A stretch of 64,000 nt of DNA from Ylistrum balloti (lineage: Eukaryota), in the NCBI RefSeq assembly GCF_031769215.1, contig NW_026782326.1, forward strand, positions 744,001 to 808,000, given 5' to 3'. Made by a program: the position numbers and the translations under genes. Shown one piece after another: positions 42,632-53,372 of the stretch. The notes below the pieces were generated by a model. The model did not search any database and was not told the origin of the DNA. It saw nothing but the letters and a program-made list of their open reading frames with translations. Numbering within the stretch: the first letter of the stretch is position 1; the number at the start of each line of letters is the position of its first letter.

Positions 42632-43008
42632 AGTTCATGATTGCAGTCAACAGGTAGTATTCAAATACATGTACAACGAGTAGAGCATTTGGTTTCTATG
42701 TCTGCAGTAAACTTTTTTTCTAGTTGAGAAAATATCCACAAACCAGAAATAAAGTTGTCATAAATTGTCTAAATATTAATACCACAGAAAGCTTCATGCA
42801 AACCAGCATATAACTCACACCCCATCTTACACCAGTAATTGATACTCTGGTTAGGCAGGATTACATCAAATTACAGAGGTTTTCATGGTACCACACAAAT
42901 ATCATATTTACAAATTAAATGGTAAAGAATGTAGTGATTCATCTACTCAGCTGTTAACACATAATTAGGTATATATTATAATACAAATCATACTGACAAA
43001 GAAATAAC

Positions 43009-43853
43009 AACAAGAGGTCTATGGGTCTTATCAGTCATCTGACTGTAAAGCTCTAAACACTGGTAAGCACTGGTAACAGCCGTATTAGTAGTGAGCAATT
43101 GTTAACAGACTAAAACAGTTAATTTCAAGTAAGTTTCAGCTAAATCCCTCTTGTGGAACTTTTTAAGAAGTTTAAAATGTGTTTATCAAGATGGTGGCCA
43201 TATTGGATTTTGGGCTGATCTGAAAAATAACAAAGCTTGGTCAGAGACATCTCGGAATCATTTCAAGCAGGATTCAGTTGGATACCATTGGTAGAACTTA
43301 GCAAGAAGTATAATAATGGTATTGTGAAGAGAATCAAGAATTCCACAATCATGTTACAATATGTCCGCCATGGCAGCCATATTGAACTTTTGACGAGTCT
43401 GAATAAACCCAACTCTTAGTCGTCTTTTTCTAAACATCCAAACCAATCTTCAGCTCCAAGGCACATGAAAAGAACATTAGAATATACTTTTCAAGAAGGC
43501 GTGCATACTTGATTTAGGAATGACCTGAACAAGTTTAAAATAGGTATTGTTCAGTGAAACCATGCTTGTGCAATCATGTGATAAAATGGATGACATGACT
43601 GTCATACTGAACTTTTGAAAAGGTAAAAAAATAACCACACTTTGGCAGCATCGCTTCCAAGATGGCAGCCATACTGGACTATGAATATACCCGGAAAATA
43701 ACAAAATTGGGTCAGAACCTTCTCGGGATCATTTAAAGAAAGTTTCAGCTGAATCCAACATGATGAACTTGAGAAGAAAAGTTTATGCATGACGATGGAC
43801 GAAACATGATGTTTAAAGATCATCCTGACCACTTGGGTCAGATGACATAAAAA
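43009..43853 (+). mobile_element. Non-autonomous Helentron/HINE-like element
   Basis: Starts aacaagaggtctatggg, with subterminal gtcatctgac and 3' gtcagatgac. The interior is related to 58385-59289. Confidence 0.6.
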
Positions 43854-46370
43854 TATCACAGGTTCACTTTCGAGTCTTTGATCACCAGGATTTTGTTCTA
43901 CAAAAGTACAATCCATCCCCAGCAGTATTCTGTGACATCATGATAAAATTGTTGGGAAGTCTTGTTTTAATTCACCAACTTGACCAACAGATCCATGAAC
44001 TCCTGCCAAAAGAATTTTTAACAACATTGATAACACAATGCTTAGTAATGACTTGCATAGTTTCACTCAACATGACATTAATCTGCTGCAGTTGAAATAC
44101 ATTGTGTTACCATCATTATCTGAACACCAACATACTCTTTCAATTGCTGATGCTGTTTATCATGGTTTGAGGTTCCATTTGAGCTGACCTGAAAAGGTTA
44201 CAATATTGGGGTCATCTGCCTGACCAAGTGGGCTTTCCCAGGTAGTCGGATTTCTTTCTAAATCAAGATCCCTTATACACTTCTATCCAGGAAAGAGTGA
44301 TTATTATAAGCTTATAGCTTGTTTGCAATTGTGGTTAAATAAATTATATACACACACTTTATCTTGTATTGGAACAAGTTCTGTATCTATCATTGTTATT
44401 GGGCCACATAGACGAGAGCCGAGAACATCGAATAACATGAAATGTTCGTTGTAACTTTCTCTTGTGAATTAAACATAAAAAAACATTTCAAGGGTAAAAA
44501 CTGACCTTTCTGACTGACTTTGTGACATTTTTCAATACAAAATTAAAACTTCCAGGTATTACTGATTAACAAATATCTTTTATCGTCTTCCGGCCTTTTT
44601 AATTAACAAGTCAGAATGACTTTTCATTTAGAGCACAGAAAAGGTTCCAAGTGGCTGTGTGTAAAGTATGTCCCAGTTCTAATTCTCGGCAGAGCCGCTC
44701 ATGTTCACTGTGGTTTTGAAGTTGCCACTTGTGAACATCTGACAGTTCCTCAGAAAGATGCAATGTCTCTGTGTGTCCTTGTGTAGAGTATAACTTGACA
44801 GTCAAGACATTGTTACAATTTATCTTGAATTCAATAGTTGTAAATCCTGCTTTGTCCAACTTCAAGGATTTTCCCTTTCGCTTCATGTAGATGATCTGGA
44901 TTATCTTCAGAAACACAAGATAGGTTGCTATCATGTTCTCACCAGATATCGAAGCTTGGCTTCCTACAGAAAAACAAAAATTGTACAATGACACGTTGCC
45001 TTTGTAGTCAGTACAATTGAAACCCTGTGAACTCTATTAATAAATACTAGCAGCTTCCTTAACACTCAGGCAGGGTGAACTCTGTCAATAAATACTAGCT
45101 GCTTCCTTAACACTCAGACAGGGTGAGCTCTGTCAATAAATACTAGCTGCTACCTAATCATTATGTCTGGAAGAACTGTAGTAAACACTAGCAGCATGCT
45201 ACTGACTCACCCAGGAGAAATCTGGTAAAAACTTTATTGACCCTAGTGATGTAGGTAAAAGGGAGTGCAGTGTCCACTACATTACACAACCTATTTATCA
45301 GAATCAATATAGTTACAGATGCTGGTCAATTTCAAATACAAGCTTTGACTAAATTGTCCCTTTAGCCTTAATTTGACCTATTAGGTCCCATTCTATTTAC
45401 GGGGCACTTTCTTCTGTACACTGTCTGGTGTTTTTTTATCTCAATGGTTCAAATTCTCAAGGTTTTACCAAAAGCTAGATATGAAAGGGAGGTAACTATT
45501 GCTGAAGCCAAGAAGCTGACTATTGCTTTCATTTAAGAACTTTTATGTTCGTGGCATCAATCTGCAGTTTCATTCCATACCTGATAACAAATAACAAAAG
45601 ATAAAAAAATGAAAACAACCCTTTGAATAGCCTTTACAGTATACAACTTGAAGGAATGGTGATCTTTGGATCCTTGATCTGGTCTAAATCCCAATAACTA
45701 GTACAGAAGGAGTAGCTTTTTAATTCTTAATTATGATGTGATTAAGGTTTGTATGCTTACCTAAGGAGTAAAGACCTTGTAGCTTTAGTAGGTTGGTGAT
45801 TTTGATGTAGGAAACACCGAGGGTTTGACACAGCTCTGGGGTCAGTTCCCAGTAATGTCCCTAATGAACAAAGATATACACAATTATACAAAAATTGACA
45901 AAAGTAAAGACTTTTGCAGACATGGTAGAGAAGTCTTCAAAATACTAAAATTGGGTAAAATTGAGCTACAACTTTCTACAACTGAAAGTAGGTTACTGAA
46001 AACTCCTTACAAAATTAAACGACTACTGATGAACCTCTATGATTTGTAGGAAATTAAGCATGTAAAAATACAAACTTGAGTTGCAACTATCAGTGTTGAC
46101 AGCAAAATTATGGTGTCGACCAAAATTCTCATGAAGTGTTTTTAAGACATACTTAGCAAAATATTGGAACCAATGGAAACACTGCTATCCAAAATATTGT
46201 CAAGTATGTCAATATGTAATATGATTATTGTTTGAACGATTTACAAGTCAATCTTCTAGACTTGTATTCTTCAATAGTCTGGAAATTGTGATGAAAAAGC
46301 CATGCAAGCCTCAAAGAACATATGTCCGCTTGGGTGTTAGCAAAAGTATTGGCATATCAGTATGTCGAGT

Positions 46371-46783
46371 ATGGATTGGCTATAGATAAGTGTTTTACTT
46401 AAACTGTATCATTGGCATGGATTGGCTATAGATAAGTGTTTTACTTAAACTGTATCATTGGCATGGATTGGCTATAGATAAGTGTTTTACTTAAACTGTA
46501 TCATTGGCATGGATTGGCTATAGATAAGTGTTTTACTTAAACTGTATCATTGGCATGGATTGGCTATAGATAAGTGTTTTACTTAAACTGTATCATTGGC
46601 ATGGATTGGCTATAGATAAGTGTTTTACTTAAACTGTATCATTGGCATGGATTGGCTATAGATAAGTGTTTTACTTAAACTGTATCATTGGCATGGATTG
46701 GCTATAGATAAGTGTTTTACTTAAACTGTATCATTGGCATGGATTGGCTATAGATAAGTGTTTTACTTAAACTGTATCATTGG
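46371..46783. repeat. 46-bp minisatellite, 9 essentially identical copies
   Basis: Unit atggattggctatagataagtgttttacttaaactgtatcattggc. Confidence 0.97.
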
Positions 46784-47026
46784 TGTTTAGAAACATATCT
46801 ATATGTCTTAGAATTATTTATCTTTGTGCAAATTTATACAGATATCCTTGATATAGTTATATTATCACAATGTAGTATGAAACACTGGGGCTTTTAGAGA
46901 GCTCTAGGTCTGTATGCACGATGTGACAGCAAATGAGATAAAAGAATCCAAACTGAATCAATGTACAATGTAAGAGATATATGTTCATGTCTAATTAGTG
47001 GTAACAACTGCTTACAATGGTCATTT

Positions 47027-47600
47027 TAAACCTACTACCTACAGTGTTTACTGTCATAAAACCTACTACCTACAGTGTTTACTGTCATAAATTCTACTAC
47101 CTACAGTGTTTACTGTCATAAAACCTACTACCTACAGTGTTTACTGTCATAAAACCTACTACCTACAGTGTTTACTGTCATAAAACCTACTACCTACAGT
47201 GTTTACTGTCATAAAACCTACTACCTACAGTGTTTACTGTCATAAAACCTACTACCTACAGTGTTTACTGTCATAAAACCTACTACCTACAGTGTTTACT
47301 GTCATAAAACCTACTACCTACAGTGTTTACTGTCATAAAACCTACTACCTACAGTGTTTACTGTCATAAAACCTACTACCTACAGTGTGTTTACTGTCAT
47401 AAAACCTACTACCTACAGTGTTTACTGTCATAAAACCTACTACCTACAGTGTTTACTGTCATAAAACCTACTACCTACTACCTACAGTGTTTAGTGTTTA
47501 CTGTCATAAAACCTACTACCTACAGTGTTTACTGTCATAAAACCTACTACCTACAGTGTTTACTGTCATAAAACCTACTACCTACAGTGTTTACTGTCAT
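47027..47600. repeat. 31-bp minisatellite, about 18 copies
   Basis: Unit aaaacctactacctacagtgtttactgtcat. Confidence 0.97.
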
Positions 47601-48689
47601 GGAGAGAAGTGCACATGGACCTGAAAAGTGTTGTTTTTATTGAGAAGTATAGATGCTCAAGTTATTTTTTAACAAACCTCACTGAGAACTGTACAAAACA
47701 TTTATAAGATATCAATAAGATAAACCATTTCAGTACCTGATGGATGTGTTGAAGGAGATCCTTAGTGTCAGGGGCTTTGGAAATCTTGCGTACAATGCCT
47801 TTCCAAATTCCAGCATCCTCAAAACTAAAAAACAATGAAATTCATCCGAGTCAAAAGACCAATTTCAATATTTCAGTATTAGTGCAATTTGGTTATTTTT
47901 CCAGTAACTAGATGACATATATATATAAGTATACATATCACTACTTGAATGCTACAAACACAGAGACTGTTATCTAAGTTACTAGATAATTACATATGTA
48001 TGACGTCACCAGGTACAAAATTAAACACCTCACATTATACTACAGTTCTCTATGTGAGCGGGTCATCAACCTGGTTTATCACCAAAATATTTAGATGCCT
48101 TGGGGATTTTGAAAAGCAATAGAATGATGTGTCTGGAGGAAACTGAAGTGATCTTGGGAAACATATTGATTAGAGTTCACAGAGATAGAAACATTCCATC
48201 TTTACATTGAGAACCACACATTCATGCTTTTGTACGCTGACCAGAAATGGTTGTCTTTTTCTAGAAAGTTATTTTGTGCCTCTTTCTTGTTACTGTTAGC
48301 ATTCTGTCCTCCAGATTTTAAATAAATACTCATAATTTTAGGGTTGACAGTCCTACGAAATATTGATAAAATCCTTGAAAATAACTAATATTCCATACAT
48401 ACCATACCTAGGGAGGTCCTTAATCTCATACTTACATCTCAGAAACTGGCGAAGACACTGTTTCTCCTGAAAAAAAATCAGATCATTCTTAATCCAAGTA
48501 CAGATTATATACAGGTACATGGTTGTATCTTACTGGTTGATGGTCCTAATGACCTTTTATGTGTTGACGGGCTGTTAAGATTGTAATAATAATAATAACA
48601 TGGCTGTATCTATTTCAAATTGGATTTCAATCATATCAAGAACGTAACTCAATATATGAGGAATGGGAGATCCTACATCTATGTTAGGT

Positions 48690-49460
48690 GTGCAGTAATT
48701 TATGAAGCTGACAGATTCCACAGGGAACGTAAAATAGAGTCATCAATAGGTAAACATGACCATGACAATGTCTGGCTGGGTTGATCAACTTTAATCAGTG
48801 GGAGTGTCTACAGGGAAAGCCATTCTATTCTGTACAATGAGGAAACTTGTAAAACATGTAGAACTAAACATCACAGGGATCATCTTCATCATTGTGTCAG
48901 GATGGACCAGGCTCCAAAAACACTGAGGATGCAGATTCACCCACAGATCCAGAACATGAACACCACATTTTCATTCTAATATGAAGAGGCTCATCTGAAT
49001 CTAAGCCAATTGCTAGTCAAACTACTAAGAGAGTACTGGGAGGACCCAGATAAACATCACCTCTCAACATACTACCTCTGCAAGTGACAACCATCAAATT
49101 AATGAATATCTTGCTGACGTGAAAACTTCAATTTAGAGCGAGTATTCAACACAACACTAAAAATCATGTAGAATGATAGATACAAGCCTGCAAAACTATC
49201 GGAACTGTCTTGGAACTCAGTGTCTCTTGTTTGGTAGAGACATTTGACAATGTGTTTATGATACGAACATTCTAATGAGAGGATCAGATATCCTTCATGG
49301 ATTCTAAACCATTACCATCATACTATTAGGTTCACATAGGAGTTGAGTTCCAACTGTGTCAAGCGTAAGTTGAAGGTAAACATATCGAATGCTAAAAATC
49401 TCACCGAGAATACACTCAAGAATACTGAACAAGGAACCAAGCCAATCTTCAGAGTAGTCA
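48690..49460 (+). mobile_element. Highly decayed Penelope-like retroelement remnant
   Basis: Broken frames give KHHRDHLHHCVRMDQAPKTLRMQIHPQI..EEAHLNLSQLLVKLLREYW (PLE N-terminal-like), FDNVFMI (YxDD-like) and LNHYHHTIRFT*ELSSN (resembling the PLE RT motif LNxxHPxIKFTxE). Confidence 0.5.
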
Positions 49461-49511
49461 GAATTGAACCTTCATCAACAAGCTACTAATTCTAGGGACT
49501 TCAGTGTCTAT

Positions 49512-50178
49512 TAACTTTGAGCAGAGATTGTGAGATATGAATATTTGAATTTTGTTAGTAACTTTGAGCAGAAATTGTGAGATATGAATATTTGAATTTT
49601 GTTAGTAACTTTTAGCAGAAATTGTGAGATATGAATATTTGAATTTTGTTAGTAACTTTGAGCAGAGATTGTGAGATATGAATATTTGAATTTTGTTAGT
49701 AACTTTGAGCAGAAATTGTGAGATATGAATATTTGAATTTTGTTAGTAACTTTTAGCAGAGATTGTGAGAAATGAATATTTGAATTTTGTTAGTAACTTT
49801 GAGCAGAAATTGTGAGATATGAATATTTGAATTTTGTTAGTAACTTTTAGCAGAAATTGTGAGATATGAATATTTGAATTTTGTTAGTAACTTTGAGCAG
49901 AGATTGTGAGATATGAATATTTGAATTTTGTTAGTAACTTTGAGCAGAAATTGTGAGATATGAATATTTGAATTTTGTTAGTAACTTTTAGCAGAAATTG
50001 TGAGATATGAATATTTGAATTTTGTTAGTAACTTTGAGCAGAGATTGTGAGATATGAATATTTGAATTTTGTTAGTAACTTTGAACAGAAATTGTGAGAA
50101 ATGAATATTTGAATTTTGTTAGTAACTTTTAGCAGAGATTGTGAGAAATGAATATTTGAATTTTGTTAGTAACTTTTA
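49512..50178. repeat. 47-bp minisatellite, about 14 copies
   Basis: Unit taactttgagcagagattgtgagatatgaatatttgaattttgttag. Confidence 0.97.
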
Positions 50179-51494
50179 GCTAAGCTAGGCATCACATTTT
50201 GTGCTCTTACCTGAATATTCAGATTTCAAATCTGTTCTGATAACCACATGCGTAAATGTTGAAACATCATTTATTAAAGTCGACCCACTCAGCCAGGCAA
50301 TGACATGGCCTTCTTTGTTTATTTCAAACTCAATCTAATTCTGTATCTGTATCTAAAAAATATTTTACCACTTGAAGATGAATAACACTATATAATAATT
50401 CAACAGTATTAAAATATGAAAATCAGTTGGTTCCTGCAACAAATATTTTTTTCGAAAAAATATTTTATTAACTGTAAGTATGTTAACATAACAACCACTT
50501 ACTATCAGTGGTTTCCATGGCTACAGGATTCAAACTAATAAAATAATTCTACTTCTTGTCTTGTCAAGAAAAAAGACCAAGAAAAATATTCTGAATTTCA
50601 AAATTTCTTGCTTGCCTGTATTTGCTGGTCCATTCCAAACTTTTAAAGTTGCTGTCATATTCACAGACAAGTCTGTCTTCTCATGGTCATCACGTATCAA
50701 TGTTTTTGGTGGAAATGGAATCCTCTCCATTAAATCTATAGAGGATAAAATAATCTGCTCAGTTGTTCACGATTAGTAGCAATGCATAACAAAAGTTGAC
50801 AGACGCTGGACCAACAAATAATGGATGCCACAGTATAGCTGACTTGGCCCTTTGAGCCAGGTGAGCTAATAACAGGAAGCTTTTGATGGTGCTTAAAGAT
50901 ATACACGGTATATAAACCAAGTCTACCATCAACTAAATCAGTAAAAAAAACTGAGGGAGAGGATCTACAGATAAAAAATGTAAAACACACAGTAAAAATG
51001 TCACAGGTTGAACAATATAATATGTTTTGATGATAAAATATACCTAAGTTCAGATGAAAACTAAAAAGGAAAATGTCAACAAGACTAAAATGCATAAAAA
51101 AGAAATACAAAAGGCATTAACTCAAAGCAGAATATTGTAGAATAAAGTTGTTGTTTAAATAAACAGAATTTCATGCCATACCAAAGAAATCTTTAAAAAA
51201 AAACTGAGGGAAGGAAATATCCAGAAAAGATAAAAAATTGCAAAAAAAAAAAAAGAAAAAAACCAAATCAAAGGGCAATAACAATTTGAAAAAATTTCAT
51301 GAATCAAAATTCAAAAAGGTGACAAAATAAGAATTAGAGCCAACGTCAGTATCAGGTAGGTGATTTCTTCAGTGGGGTGCTTCATTTGAGCTTGGATACC
51401 TAAAGGTATGCAGGGCGATTAACGAAATAATAAATACGAGACCTTAGAAATTAATCACAAGAACAAGTATCACCAGTAAGTGCATACTTTACTT

Positions 51495-51543
51495 AATTGT
51501 CTTCACTAGTTTCGCCTCCGGTCGAGGCTTCATCAGGACAATT
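51495..51543 (-). ncRNA. Minimal type I hammerhead-ribozyme-like motif
   Basis: The minus strand reads aattgtc-CTGATGA-a-gcctc-gaccg-gaggc-GAAA-ctagt-gaa-gacaatt: stem I 7 bp, stem II 5 bp, and a palindromic ACTAGT stem III. The cleavage-site region is non-canonical. Confidence 0.55.
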
Positions 51544-51758
51544 TTTTACACATTTCAGCCCTCTGAAGTAGTTTTTTCGGGGTTCAGAATTAATTGTGAT
51601 GTATTACATAAATGGACAATAATACAAGGGCATATATACCAAAAAGTTGACGTTATGTTAGCTAGATTATAGTGTTAACACAGTTCAAAACAAATCATTA
51701 AAGTCCAACATAAATAAAAAAGAGTTTGTTGTCTATCATATGCTGGTCTTTATTGGTG

Positions 51759-52394
51759 TTAATTTAGGCATACAGTGACATCAGACACTGAAACATAGGC
51801 CAGCTTCTTATAGTCCACTACTGCTTCAGTTAATTCTGTACTACTGATGGTTCTGATGGATGTGTGGTCTGAAAATGAGTCACTCAACAACAGGTCTTCT
51901 TTCAATAAGTCAAAAGGGCAACTCTCTTCAATTGGAGCGGGTTCTGGGTTGACTTCTTTTGTGTGCGGCCCCGGGTGATTCCTCCCCTTGGTTGATACCA
52001 TCCTGAACTTAGCCTTTTCCAGTTGGTGTTTGGTTAGCATTTCTAACAGCCTTTCCCATTGATCAGGTATAGCTGCTTCATTCCAATCATCATCTTTGAA
52101 GACTGCGGGTTCAATACTATAGAATGGGTGTTTTTCTTTAAGGTGGTGATGGTAGCAATCTCTCCTTCCGAAGGTACATTTGTAAATCTTACACTGGAAC
52201 CTAGTGTTAGAGTGCATGCTATGTATCCTACTAACATGTCTCCATAATGAACTTAAGTAAGCAAGTCTCTTACTGCATAAGATGCATGGCATCTTGATTT
52301 GCCCTGCATCCTGTCTAAGGTGCTTAGCAAGTGTGGTCTTGGTCTTGGGCATATCTAAGAGATTATATTCATGCCCCATGGTTTCTGTGTGCAT
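51759..52394 (-). CDS. Intronless C2H2 zinc-finger ORF, probably a 5'-truncated mobile cargo
   Basis: CILC-x12-HVSRIH is intact. The second finger CKIY-x12-HLKEKH has lost a Cys. The ORF is open for about 210 codons and its 5' end abuts an inverted repeat. Confidence 0.5.
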   Translation of the reverse strand: MHTETMGHEYNLLDMPKTKTTLAKHLRQDAGQIKMPCILCSKRLAYLSSLWRHVSRIHSMHSNTRFQCKIYKCTFGRRDCYHHHLKEKHPFYSIEPAVFKDDDWNEAAIPDQWERLLEMLTKHQLEKAKFRMVSTKGRNHPGPHTKEVNPEPAPIEESCPFDLLKEDLLLSDSFSDHTSIRTISSTELTEAVVDYKKLAYVSVSDVTVCLN

Positions 52395-52461
52395 ACAATT
52401 AAGTAAAGCACCCACTTACTGATGACACTTGTTCTTGTTTCAATTAATTTCTAATTTCATA

Positions 52462-53260
52462 ACTATTGGTACAATGTTAATACATCCTCATAGACAGATA
52501 CATAACTATAGGTACAATGTTAATACATCCTTACAGACAGATACATAACTATAGGTGCAATGTTACTACATCCTTACAGACGGATACATAACTATTGGTA
52601 CAATGTTAATACATCATTATAGACAGATACATAACTATAGGTACAATGTTAATACATTATTATATACAGATATGTAACTATAGGTACAATGTTAATACAT
52701 CATTATAGACAGATACGTAACTATAGGTACAATGTTAATACATCCTTATAGACAGATACATAACTATAGGTACAATGTTAATACATCCTCATAGACAGAT
52801 ACATAACTATAGGTACAATGTTAAAACATCCTCATAGACAGATACATAATTATAGGTACAATGTTAATACATCATTATAGACAGATACGTAACTATAGGT
52901 ACAATGTTAATACATCATTATAGACAGATACGTAACTATAGGTACAATGTTAATACATCCTGATAGACAGATACATAACTATTGGTACAATGTTAATACA
53001 TCCTCATAGACAGATACATAACTATAGGTACAATGTTAAAACATCCTCATAGACAGATACATAACTATAGGTACAATGTTAATACATCCTCATAGACAGA
53101 TAGGTAACTATAGGTACAATGTTAATACATCCACATAGACAGATACATAACTATAGGTACAATGTTAATACATCCTCATAGACAGATACATAACTATAGG
53201 TACAATGTTAATACATCCTTATAGACAGATACATAACTATAGGTACAATGTTAACATAAT
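52462..53260. repeat. 43-bp minisatellite, about 18 copies
   Basis: Unit ataactataggtacaatgttaatacatcctcatagacagatac. Confidence 0.97.
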
Positions 53261-53372
53261 GCATCCTTATAGACATTAGTTTCAAATAACTATTCAATTG
53301 AAAATAAGACACTTTTACATTAAGATCTTTTGTAGTCTATGCTGTCAAGAAGAATACAAAATATCTGAAGTT

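Larger units (their letters stand above)
38950..50735 (-). pseudogene. Decayed multi-exon protein-coding gene, family not recognised
   Basis: Exons 50211-50334, 48436-48466, 48236-48352 and 47737-47824 are phase-compatible with good splice sites. 50616-50735 is a candidate upstream exon. Coding-like segments with stops or frameshifts lie near 46230-46380, 44611-44970, 44040-44470, 40860-41270 and 38950-39430. Exon membership downstream of 47737 is uncertain. Confidence 0.4.
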
